In this document: piece by piece, positions 1 through 11,274 of the stretch
Numbering within the stretch: the first letter of the stretch is position 1
Layout: every line of letters starts with the position of its first letter
Assembly (NCBI GenBank): GCA_046563655.1
Contig: CM102286.1
Span: 1,364,001-1,428,000, forward strand
Length of the DNA stretch: 64,000 bases
Source: Yuukianura sp. NJ FZ-2021
Taxonomy: Eukaryota
Reading direction: 5' to 3'
The notes under the pieces: generated by a model
The model's input: only the letters and a program-made list of their open reading frames with translations
Told to the model about the DNA's origin: nothing
Database searches by the model: none
Position numbers and translations under genes: made by a program

Positions 1-2060
1 GTTTCATTTTGACTAAATTTTGAAAAAACGCCAGACTCAACAAACGCTTTCACTTTTTGTACAAGTAGTGAACTAATACTTGTTACGCCAACTATGTGAA
101 ATCCCGTCATTTCGTTGGCCAAAACCGCAGTGACGTCATCAACCCCATACAAATCAGCGCCATCAACTGAAAATTTACTTCGTATGAGCAGTGACCTCAC
201 TTCTTCTGCTGGTCCAACGTAAATTGCATTTTCATTTAAAATTTTTGAGGTCACTGTTCCAGCGCAGTGGCATGGTAATGGTTCCGCTGACGAAATCATT
301 TGAAAATTTAGTTTCTCACTTTTAGATTTCGGCATGAAAAAAGTTGCCAAATTTTTACGCCCTTGGGCCTCAGTCATCATAGACAAAAAAGTAATGAATT
401 TATGTGACATTTGGCCCATTAAGTACCGACCAAAATATAACTGGGTAAATTCAAAATCGCTTGATTTCCGTTGCCATGGAAACCCTTTAAGGTGATAATA
501 ACCACCCTTTTGTGCATGAATCCTTTGAAACATTTGACCAAAAGTATTTTCGCCGGTGCAGAATTGTTTGTGGAATGACTCTCTCACTCGGTCATAGTAG
601 TAAAGCGTGTAGTTTTTGTCCAACGCTTCTTCTAAATTTGAAATTCCACTTGGCGTCAATGGTTTCATTAGAGACATAACTGCAAGACCTTTGTAACTAT
701 TGGTCAATACAATTCCCGCCAAAAATATTACACAAATGAAGTAACGCACTCTATCGTTTGACAACTTGTTTGAATAGGAGCAATTTTGTTCTATAAAGAT
801 TTCAAAAACTAAAATTGTTGCGGAATCTTGAAATTTTTTAAACTGAAATACTTTGTGTAGAGCAGCTGTAAGTAAAAGTGTGACTAGGATGAGTGTGACC
901 CAAGCAAATGTTTGAAATGGACACAAGTAGTCCCGTAGAGTGTGCAAATATGCGAATTCCAGTCCAGAAGATGTCACTACCAGCATAGTTGAATGTGTCG
1001 TAGGTTGGTAGTAAGTGTTAGTTCCGGCGTTACGGCGCAAGGTCAGTGGTATCGGGTACATGATTGTAATTTGTGCCAGACGCCTTGCTCTCGTGCTGTT
1101 GCCTATTCTGTCATGCGATTGAACAGACTTCAAACATTCTCCTTTTCCTACCAGGAAACTTTTCAAACCTGTTTCGAATTTGTGGATATGGGAATTTCCG
1201 AAAGTATGACAAAAGTCGTTCATATGCCACCGCTCACGTTGTTCAATTGTCAACACTAAAAATTAAACGTATGAATTTGTGAAAAAAGAAACATGAAAAT
1301 GTGTATTTTTGAGTAACTTACGCTGGTGTTTTTGTAGTGTTCTCCACTTGAATAAATTTCCTTTATATATCAAGTAGTACAGATTTATACAACTGGATTC
1401 AAAACTCAAATTTTTGTTCAATTGGACAACTGCGACTGCTTGAAAATTTACGACAGTATACCTCGTCTCAGTATTTCTCCACTTTCGTATTGTAACCACT
1501 TCACCTAGTTTTTGATTCGTTAAAATTTGAACAAACGTGCGTGCAGGATAAAATGAAACCTGAAAATCGAACGAGGTGATGTTTGTTTTTTCCACTGTTC
1601 CGTTTCGTAATTTTCTGGAATATTGAATTTGACTCATGGAACGATACCGGTTCCAAAATTTGTAAATGTACAAAAAAGCGTCTTCTAACAAGTTGTCACT
1701 TGGTGGTAGCAGTTGAACAACAGCTAAGCAATTCACACCTCGCAGATGAAAATTTGAACGCACGCGCGGACAAATGCCGTAGTCGGGATCAACGCCCTCT
1801 GCAATTTCTGTGCTTAATAAGTTGCAATCTCTGTCGGTGTAATTTCGGACGAACTCTGGTGATGAAATTGACATAGGAAAAGAAGAAACGAAGAAATTTA
1901 AATTTGGCTCGTGCAGAACGGCGTTAATGTAACAGTTTCCGAAGCTTTGAAGATAAGGTTCAAACTTTAAACTTTGACCTTTTACTTTCCATGTTCCAAT
2001 AATGTGGATGGTGGCACACAATAGACCATACGTGAAAATTTGAATTTTAGAATAGAACAT
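1..2060 (-). CDS. Divergent ionotropic (iGluR-derived chemosensory) receptor, 3' end beyond the window
   Basis: ATG at 2060 with a hydrophobic N-terminus. A 66-nt GTAAGT..TTTTTAG intron (1321-1256) removes the TAA at 1263-1265. The same frame continues through an M1-like segment (YLCPFQTFAWVTLILV) and an M2-like segment (FLAGIVLTNSYKGLAVMSL) typical of IRs. Confidence 0.75.
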
Positions 2061-2473
2061 TATTATAATAGCGAAGCTATTATGATAAAAGAGGTTTGTC
2101 TGTCTGTCTGTCTGTCCGTCTGTCTGTCCGTCTGTCCGTCTGTCTGTCCAGATTAATTATCTCAGAAACTACTCGTCCGATTTGATTCCGGTTTTCACCA
2201 GTGACCATGTCATGAGCCGGGCTTGGTCACTATTGAATATGACCCCCGGGTGTCAACTCCTTCCGGGTCAAAGGTCAAGGTCAACCGGTTTCATCCCCGG
2301 TAACATGGAAAATGACTTCTACAAAAGTTGTTCATCTCATTGAGACTAACAACTTTTGTGTGTAATGTGTGACCCTAGGTCACCTGCTTCCGGGTCAAAA
2401 TCGATTTCAAAGGTCATTTGTAATGCAAGTGTGTGTAACAAAAACTCTGCTTGTGAGACTGGAAAGGCAATTG

Positions 2474-3137
2474 GGTCCATGCCAATACATCGAAAAAAAG
2501 ACATCGAAACGAAAGACATCGACACAAAAGACATCGACACGAAAGACATCGACAATAGAAACACATCGGCAATGAAACACATCGACAAAAAAGACATCGA
2601 CCAAAAAGACATCGACAATAGAAACACATCGACACAAAAGACATCGACAATGAAAACACATTGACACAAGGGACATAATCCGTATAATTAAATAAGCAAG
2701 GAAGTTTACGTAACCTAAGTGAAAAAAACACTAGTAAAATTTTGAAAAGTCCACCTAAGCCAGACCTAACAAGTGACCCTACCGACGTAATCACTATGGC
2801 GTGCTTTACCAAACCTAACGCCGCGCCTTCGGCGCGGTACCGCAAGCTAAGCTAGCCATACGTCATCAGTATTGCCAGACATATTTTTTTTTCAAAATTT
2901 GAAGAATACGCAATTTCATTTCCTGGTATAAAAAATAAAATTTCTGTCGATGTCTTTTGTGTCGATGTGTTTCGTTGTCGACGTATTTCTATTGTCGATG
3001 TCTTTTTGGTCGATGTCTTTTTTGTCGATGTGTTTCATTGTCGATGTATTTCTATTGTCGATGTCTTTTGGGTCGATGTCTTTCGTGTCGATGTCTTTTG
3101 TGTCGATGTCTTTTTTTCGATGTAATGGCGTGCTTCG
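2474..3137. mobile_element. Mutator-like foldback MITE nested in the HINE
   Basis: Long inverted arms built from GACATCGACACAAAA-type units (2478-2670 vs 2944-3132). Flanking 9-10 bp direct repeat AGGCAATTG(G) at 2465-2474 and 3138-3147. ACCTAAC motifs in the spacer. Confidence 0.8.
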
Positions 3138-3220
3138 AGGCAATTGGCATGGGACTTGGTTCTCTGCTTAGCAAAAAATCTATTACGCAGTTGACATAAC
3201 ACTTTACACACTCATGCACT

Positions 3221-3480
3221 GTGTCCACCGGGTGTCACCTGTCACCTGTTGATTGCCGGGTGTCACCTGTCACCTGCCGGGTGTCAGTTGTCACCTGTCA
3301 CCTGCCGGGTGTCAGTTGTCACCTGTTAATTGCCGGGTGTCACCTGTTACATACCGGGTGTCACCTGTCACTTGCCGGGTGTCACCTGTCACCTGTCACG
3401 TGCCGCGTGTCACCTGTCACCCTCAAGTGTCACTTGCCGGGTGTCACCTGTCACGCCTCAGCTGTCACGTCTCACCTGTC
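3221..3480 (+). repeat. Central tandem repeat of the HINE (about 21-bp unit TGCCGGGTGTCACCTGTCACC)
   Basis: Repeated TGTCACC heptamers within a ~21-bp higher-order unit; explains the spurious ORFs at 3221-3707. Confidence 0.9.
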
Positions 3481-4526
3481 AAAACCCCCTGGGGGCGGGA
3501 AACTGGGGGGAACACACCCCCACTACTCCGGGGGGGGGGCGGGAAAGTGGGGGAAACAAACCCCCTTCGGGGGGCCTATTGCTTCGCTATTATCAGTATG
3601 GGCGGTTTACAACCGGTTTATTTAAGTTCAACAATTGGATTTCAAAATTTCAACCTTCTCTACAGTATATGGTCCGTAGCGTGACACCAATATTCTTGAC
3701 TTCTTAACTTATGTTAAAAAAGACGAAAAATATTTTTTGAAATGCCTTAGCATGATTTTCTTTTAGATTGGTCACGTAGATCTACTTCTGGAAGGGCACT
3801 GAGGCATGCCACCATGCCAGGGATTGGTTAAATCGTTCCCTTCCACAACGTCTTGTTGATCTTTATCTCAGACGAAGACAAACAACAGACATTTTTTGGT
3901 GGACTTTTTTTTTCTGAATTTTTCATTGTTTTTATTTTGAATCGAACCAATAGTGTGTCACTGTGTTTCATTCCATGAGCGTTTAACCTTGAAAATCTAG
4001 GTCACATTTTGTGAATGTTTATGAATTTTTAGTTCTCTACTCTACATTCAACCAATTTTGTAACTGGAGCGCTAACTTTGAAGAAAACGTTATGACCCCT
4101 AGCATAGTAGGTGTTTTTTGAAATTGAAAAACCGTTTAACCGTTGCGAACTGCAACATCGTTGTTCGTTGCTTTATTTTTTGTAAAAAAAAATTTAGGCA
4201 CAAATCCTTTTGAAGAAATGCGACGTAGAAGCTTTTAATTTTTCAACATTATAATTTTACTCTAATTTCTAACATCATAATTTGTTTTTTATGTATTGAA
4301 TAACACGACTCCTGGTCAATGGAACGTAACTGAAACTTAATCTAATCTTCGTTTATCAACGTATTTTGAGATTTTACAGTGATGTAAAAAGTCGACGGAG
4401 GTCACAGCAGTGAGGACAGAGGAACCATATGGTCGTTACACAACCACGGTGTACCAGTCCTCATCTCTTGATTCTCATAACATCGATCATTCGTGGGAGA
4501 TCAATCGAATACTTTGCCATATTGCA

Positions 4527-7364
4527 ATGGAGAACAAGTCTAATGGAGAAACTCTCAAAATCTACGTCAGTCATACCTTGTCTTCCTGGGGAGATCGTAT
4601 GTGGACATTTGCTGTTGGATTGTACCTCATCATCGTGTATCCGACGTCGCTTCAGGTAAAACTGCCATTAGTAGCCAACGAGATCTATCGTTTAACATTG
4701 TGTGTGGGGGGGGGGGGAACATTTGATAGGAATTTTTATAATGCAGAAACTCCTGACATTCAATTCCTAATGCAGAAAATTCCTAACATTAATCAGAAAA
4801 TCTCCCCCCATGTGTTTTTTTTAGCTGACTGCCGTGTACGGACTGTGTACGTGTATCTCTGTGATTATATTTGGAGCAACTCTTGGAAAGTGGGTTGACA
4901 AAACTAAACGAATTACTGGTAATCATTGGTAGAAATTAATTTCTGTATCATATTTCTTAACTTATTGAGTCCTTTACTGTCTTATGTTATGTTCTTAGCT
5001 GCTCAAGTGGCTCTGCTAGTGCAGAACATAGCCGTTGTGGTTTGCTGCGTTACGTTGATCTGCCTCCTTTACTACAAAAATACTTTCGATCTTTCCGAGT
5101 ATTCGGGTGTCAAAACTGTTCTGATAGCATCCGTCATTGTGTTGGCTGTGATTGCTAACCTCGGTTCTGAAGCCAGTAAAATGACACTAGAGAAAGACTG
5201 GATCGTAGTTCTTGCTGGAGGGAACGAAGTCAAGCTTGCCAGTAAATTCATGTTCATTGGGCACATTCAAAAGTTATTTTTTAAAACTAAATTGAATCAA
5301 TTTGCTTAGGAATGAATGCGACGATGAGAACAATCGATTTGACAACTTACATTTTGGCTCCCATTTTAGTCGGTCAAATAATTACCTATGTTTCTCAAAT
5401 TGCTGGTGCGTTGTTTATTGCCTGTTGGAACGTAAGTGTTGTTTAAAATCAAACCATTTATTTGCTACACTACAATATACGCTGAGAAGAATTAATATTA
5501 TAATTATAATAATTAATATGTATATTTCAGATTTTTTCCGGATTCTGTGAATACGGCTTGCTAACCAATATTTACAAGAGAGTCCCCGAACTGGCAATAA
5601 AGAATAATCCACTGATTCACAGTATCTCATCAATTGATTCCACTGCCAAGGAAGAAGAAACAAACCCAACAGCTGCTGAGCCCCACATCGGCACCCAAAA
5701 AGTTAACACGGAGCTACCTTTGGATGAAGCCGCCGCAGGAGAATCTCTCAACATTTCAGTAGTTACTTCGAATTCATTTGTGGACAAAGATAATCCAGCA
5801 GATGCTGCTGGGAGACGTACCAAAAATTGTTGTGGAAAAACGTGGTCTGGACTGAGGCGACGCTGGAAGGAATCGCTGGCGGGCTGGAGAGATTACTTTG
5901 CTAGCCCAGTTTGTGGTGCTGGAATTGGATTGGCTTTTCTCTACATGACCGTCTTGGGTTTTGATTCCGTTACGACCGGTAAGTAAAACCAAAAAGCAAA
6001 TTGAAAACTAATATTTTGTGTCGTAAATTGTTTGCTAACATTTTTTTAAAGGTTACGTATACTCACAAGGAGTTAGTGAATCCTTACTGAGTATCATGAC
6101 AGCTATAGGTGCAGTGTTTGGAATTCTTGGCAGCGTTTCCTTTCCATATATACGCAAGAAACTTGGAAATTGCAGAACCGGTATTCTTGGATTTGGACTG
6201 GAAACTTGCTGTTTGGTTTTGTGCTTAGTTTCAATCGTTGCTCCTGGATCTCCATTTGTTTATAAAGACTTCCTGCTCAACGAAAATCCTGAACTGCAAT
6301 CACCAACCGATGCTAACACAACTACCGCCGACTATACTAGCCTCACTCCTTCCGAACTGTGGGATTCTAACAAGTCCGTTATAATTCTTATGGCGGGAAT
6401 AATTACTGCTCGTTTCGGTAACAAATGCTGCTAGAGTCTCTCAATGCGCAACACGCATTGGTTGGTTTGACTAAATATTTTGGCGGGTACCATACGGCTA
6501 GCTAGGTCTACCTTGCTTACTAGGTCTAACGGCAATCCCTCTAAAAAGAAGTTTTATGGTATCGAGCTAAACGTTGCGCATTGCGCATTGAGAGATTTTA
6601 CTGTTCTTTTGATAGCATTGAAGAAAGCATCGGCCTGCCAGGGCAGGTTGAAAAGACAAGGGTATGTACCCCCACGTAATAGTGTTTTTATAAATAGGTT
6701 TAGATATGGAACCAATCAGGTTGTCAGAATTCGCCTCCAACAGCCAATCGAAGCGTCAGAATTCGCCTTCATATATCACCATATATCCGGTGATGGCGGG
6801 AAGAGAAATCACTCCACATTACACCTAGGCTATATCAGTGATCACCCCATATTCCAAAATTCCACTCCACTCGGTGAAACTCGTGAGGCCGAGTAAACAT
6901 CGGAGATCCTTTCTCCACCCTTTGGCGATTCAATGAGGATGCTTTCTTCAATGTTTTGATAGAAAGTTTGAAGAAAGTTGTTGTTTCGCAGGACTTTGGG
7001 TAGCAGACTTAAGTGTCGTTCAAATTTTCCAAGAAGAAGTTTCAGAAGAAAAGCGCGGTGTGCTCAACGGTGTTCAAGGTTCGCTCAACCAAGGAATGAA
7101 CCTGCTCAAATTCATTATCGTCGTTATTCTCCCGAATCCTGACACGTTCGCGTATTTGATTGCCTTATCGTGGAGTTTCGTTTTCGCTGGGTATAACTTA
7201 TTCCATCTCTTCTTTTTGTGACGTATTTCCTAAGCAATTTTTAATGATTATGTACTTGTCAACATTGTCTTCACAGATGGATGTCATTTATCATTTTCAC
7301 ATGTAAGTTTAATCGTCTTCATAAAGCCAGCGAACGTCAAGAAAACGTTGAGTACTACCACTGA
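4527..7364 (+). CDS. SLC40A1: Ferroportin (SLC40A1) iron exporter, about 8 coding exons
   Basis: Motifs IYVSHTLSSWGDRMWTFA, LEKDWIVV, MNATMRTIDL, GLAFLYMTVLGFD, ARFGLWVADLSV, GVLNGVQ. ATG at 4527, TGA at 7362-7364, GT-AG introns. Confidence 0.95.
6437..6595. mobile_element. Small MITE in a ferroportin intron
   Basis: 15-bp inverted repeat TCTCTCAATGCGCAA (6437-6451) and TTGCGCATTGAGAGA (6581-6595); no clear TSD. Confidence 0.55.
6616..6953. mobile_element. MITE with 16-bp TIR and 9-bp TSD in a ferroportin intron
   Basis: TIR CATTGAAGAAAGCATC / GATGCTTTCTTCAATG; perfect TSD TTTTGATAG at 6607-6615 and 6954-6962. Confidence 0.85.
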
Positions 7365-7917
7365 AGTAGTGACTCAAACAGGACCAAGGCAACAACAGTG
7401 ACAAAGTGAAGAAATGCAAAAAAAATCTCCGAAGTATCAAGTTTAACGCAAGTAATTCCAAATACATGCGGTTTGCGGTACTAAAAAGCCTTACCTGATT
7501 CAAAGAAGACCATCGTACAAATTCACGTGATCCTTTAGATTTATGAGCCCAAATTATTATCTTGGTGGAACTCCGACGTTTTGATAAATTTTTACATTTA
7601 AAATTCGGAATCGCTGTGAAGTTAATTATGTAAATGTTATTCCGATAGTAAAAAATATTTATTTTGTTATTTAATTTAATTTATATGCTTTTATGTTTTA
7701 ATTTTTTTTTCAACCTCTCATAGCACTGCTTCTAAGTTTCAATTTGGTAGTGTTCGTGAAGATTTTGCGTTGGACGATGATGTGAGTACCAAGAGAAGAC
7801 CGGTACCAAGTACCAAGAACGTTTTATAACAAAAAATAACCAAATTGTGAATTCAGAATCAATAGAGATTGTAAAATTTTGAAATTTTTGTAGTTCGACC
7901 ACAAATGGTGGTTCACA

Positions 7918-8453
7918 ATGTCGTGGCTAAGCCATCCAGTCTCTGGCTTTCTTCTAGATATTTCCGGAGTTTTGAAAAACGGTGACACTCCTATTGACGG
8001 ATCGATTGAGGTCATAGAGAAGTACGTTTTTCATTTTTCAAAACTGACACTTTTACCATAACTTCCAAAATTAATGTTTGTGTTATTTTAGGTTAAATAC
8101 AATTGGCATTCCGTACCGACTGCTGACAAATGAAACGCAACTTTCGAAACGATTGATCTTTGAGCAATTAGTTCATATGGGGTATCCAATTCCATCGGCC
8201 AATTTCGTTTTATCTCCAGCTCCAGCACTTGCTAAATATCTCACCAAGAATGACCTTCGACCTCAATTGTTGGTGCATGGAGTAAGTTATGTTTTCCAAA
8301 CAAAAATTTTGTTGTTCAACCTTTCTTAAATTGGTTCTGTTATTTAGCTGCTCGAAGACTTTGAACAAGTCTAGAACAAATACAGAAGGATCCAAATTGT
8401 CTGGTCGTCGGCGATGCAATTGATAACTTTACTTATGAAAATATGAACAAATT
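7918..8453 (+). pseudogene. LHPP: 3'-truncated duplicate of LHPP (exons 1-2 and part of exon 3)
   Basis: Near-identical to 19741-20273 including introns. Carries small indels (end of exon 2; extra bases near 8370-8382) and breaks off after YENMNK. Confidence 0.9.
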
Positions 8454-8807
8454 TTTTTACTACTACTCACATTAATACAAAATTTTTCATGCATCAACGA
8501 TGAAACAGTAAGTCTGCCTCCAAAGATTCCGTTGCAAAAAGTATTTCAAACTAGTGCCTGAGAAATGTTAGAAAAAATTTCCGGAATTCACAAATATTTT
8601 GAAAATAATTCTCTTCAATGATTTTTACGGTTTCTGCTGCCACCACAAAATTGAGACTCAGTAAGCACATCGCCGAGGTCACTGTGGCACTCCGCGTTTG
8701 AATTGAATTGAAGTTGTGACCTTTGACATTCTTTCCAGATGACTGGGCAAAATACTTTCCAGTAAAACAGCATATCCAGCTCATCGGAATGGCCATCATT
8801 CATGACC

Positions 8808-10420
8808 AACTACACCAACGCCGTTTTTCCAAGTATATTATTTAACCAGTAATGTTTTACATGGGAATGGCCACAGTTGACACCGCAACTCGGCGACGTG
8901 TGAGTCATCCGTGACACTGGGTGACATGCGCGACATTTTTTGGAAACATACGTTTAAAAAACTTAATCATTCCCTGATAAATTTTGTTTAAGCATCAGAT
9001 AAGACAAAAAATACACCACAGCTCAAATTGATGAGGGGAGACGTGTTCGGAATGTTAAACAGTTCATATTTAACTGTCAAATTGTAAAAATAGAGTAGCA
9101 TTAAGGTCTATAAACCTTTGTTCCAGTTTTTGTAAAAATTGACGTGGCAGAAATTCGTGCAACGTGGCTAACGTTTATTTGTAGTTTATTAGTAGTTTAT
9201 TATTAGTAGATTAATTTTAGCGTAGTAGGATATTTGTTCATAAACATTCTAAATTAACTTTCTTAGAACGTGCTGCTGATTTGTTTAAACTTGAATTTTT
9301 TGATGAAGTATGCCTACTTAAAGTCTCATTTAGCGTTGTCTCGCATTTTTATTTTGGAAAATGTGCTTTCTAAATAGTAATTTTTTATGTTCTAGTTTCA
9401 GTAGAATTAAAGCTACGCTTTACACCTATACGCTTGCACGACGAAGGTGCAATTAGACTCCTTATTGAATTGAATTGATTTATTTGACATAAGGCGCGCC
9501 CCAAGCAACATGGTAAAATAAGGGGATGTGTTAGGTAAAAGGTAAAAGTAAGGTAAAAGTGCGGAACATCGGTAGCGACGCGATCCAGATCCAGTTCCGC
9601 CAATGTGTCAATGCTTCTAATTTTTTTGTAAATCCAGCTCGCATTTATGCAAAACTAACCGTCGAAGTGTAAAACCATTATGAAATCATTGTAAAGTCAT
9701 TATGAGACAACTACACCAACGCTGTTTTTCCTAGTATATTATTTAACCAGTAAGCTTTTACATGGGAATGGCCACAGTTGACACCGCAACTCGGCGACCT
9801 CTGAGTCATCCGTGACATTGGGTGACATGCGTGACATTTTTTTGAAACACTCGTTTAAAAAAATTTAATCATTTCGAAATAATGTTGTTCGAAAATCAGG
9901 TAAAACAGAAAATACACCACAGGTCGAAATTGATGGGGGGAGACGTGTTCGGAATGTTAAACAGTTCATATTTAACTGTCAAATTGTAAAAATAGAGTAG
10001 CATTAAGGTCTATAAACCTTTGTACCAATTTCTGTAGAAATTGACGTGGCAGAAATTCGTGCAACGTGGCTAACGTTTATTTGTAGTTTATTAGTAGTTT
10101 ATTATTAGTAGATTAATTTTAGCGTAGTAGGATATTTATAAAAAACGTTCATAAACATTCTCAATTAACTTTCTTAGAACGTGCTGCTGATTTGTTTAAA
10201 CTTGAATTTTTTGATGAAGTATGCCTACTTAAGGTCTCATTTAGCGTTGTCTCGCATTTTTATTTTGGAAAAGCTGCTTTCTAAATAGTATTTTTTTTAT
10301 TTTCTAGTTTCAGTAGAATTAAAGCTACACTTTACACCTATACGCTTGCACGACGAAGGTGCAATTAGACTCCTTATTGAATTGAATTGATTTATTTGAT
10401 ATAAGGCGCGCCCCAAGCAA
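8808..10420 (+). repeat. Direct duplication of a ~700-bp segment (8808-9508 and 9708-10420)
   Basis: Both copies run from CAACTACACCAACGC to AAGGCGCGCCCCAAGCAA with scattered substitutions and indels. Confidence 0.9.
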
Positions 10421-10513
10421 GGGGCGCGAGAGAGCAGCTTTTGGAGAGAAGCCTCATGCGTCCACTCTAGTTAAAAGAAAAAAAACCGGAATCACCTTGA
10501 CAACTCGATGCCC

Positions 10514-10600
10514 AGTGCGCGGTTCCCAGTACTGGGTGGGCGGTTCCCAGTACTCGGTGTGCGGTTCCCAGTACTCGGTGCGCGGTTCCGAGTACTCGGT
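10514..10600 (+). repeat. 21-bp tandem repeat, about 4 copies (GTGCGCGGTTCCCAGTACTCG)
   Basis: Directly visible; probably the internal array of a non-autonomous element. Confidence 0.85.
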
Positions 10601-11203
10601 TTTTTGTCTTCAAAACTTCATTTCGTGCCAATTTTTTTATAAAGCGAAAAAGATGGCGATAAAAAAGATTTTTGCAGTTTTTTAGAACTTTTTTGGACTT
10701 TTTAGGTTTATCTTTTAGAATTAAAGATCTTATACGACTTTTTCTGGAACTGTATTTTCCGGACCTGGGTTATCATGTATGCAAAAATGAAAAACCCGGA
10801 TTGCTAATAGGAAGCACCATAGTTACTGTTCCGCAACCCCGCATAGTACATCAATTGACCCCGAGACTGAGGTCATTGCAAACATTGGCGAATTTTAGGA
10901 TAAACGCTGTTTCGTCCTTAAATAACTGTTTGGCTTTAATAAAACTCAGTTCATCAGCAAAAGTGATTCTGGAACAAATTCCAATAAACGTCATTTCGGA
11001 AAACTTCGGGTCCTTTAAAAAAAATTTCAAACGAGAAATTCTTCAACCATCCTATTGCTCTCTTAAAAAATAAGTTTCCATGCTAATGATTCACATATTT
11101 CATCGGCTGAAGCGTGTTTTAGAATTGAAATTACATAGCTCGACCTCAAAATATCAGTACAACTAAGCATTAACAGTCTCTGGGTTTTAAACTTAAGACT
11201 TAA

Positions 11204-11209
11204 TATAAA
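11204..11209 (+). promoter_or_regulatory. Candidate TATA box of the cysteine-rich gene
   Basis: TATAAA about 70 bp upstream of the inferred split start codon at 11275. Confidence 0.45.
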
Positions 11210-11274
11210 TACACCAAGTTTTAACAATCTTCGACGTTGACTCTCAACGGTGCACTCCGATAATCTCCTTCATC

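Larger units (their letters stand above)
2061..3623 (+). mobile_element. DINE-1/HINE-like non-autonomous Helentron element
   Basis: 13-bp subterminal inverted repeats ATAATAGCGAAGC (2065-2077) and GCTTCGCTATTAT (3581-3593); 5' hairpin; (GTCT/GTCC)n microsatellite at ~2097-2149; central tandem array; 3' hairpin CGGTT-TAC-AACCG (3603-3615); T-rich ends. Confidence 0.8.

Noticed and set aside
470..483. Perfect X-box GTTGCCATGGAAAC
   Set aside because: It lies inside the receptor coding sequence with no promoter context in the window.
1256..1321. In-frame TAA suggesting a receptor pseudogene or stop readthrough
   Set aside because: The stop lies within a 66-nt GTAAGT...TTTTTAG intron that preserves the frame.
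2346..3707. Repetitive ORFs and CRISPR-like appearance
   Set aside because: These are translations of transposon tandem repeats; there are no unique spacers or cas genes, and the context is eukaryotic.
4372..4390. CAGTGA hairpin as an iron-responsive element upstream of ferroportin
   Set aside because: Stem geometry and the bulged C do not fit an IRE, and the CAG is better explained as a splice acceptor.
6480..6896. 138-aa ORF within a ferroportin intron
   Set aside because: It runs across two MITEs and shows no recognisable transposase or other motif.
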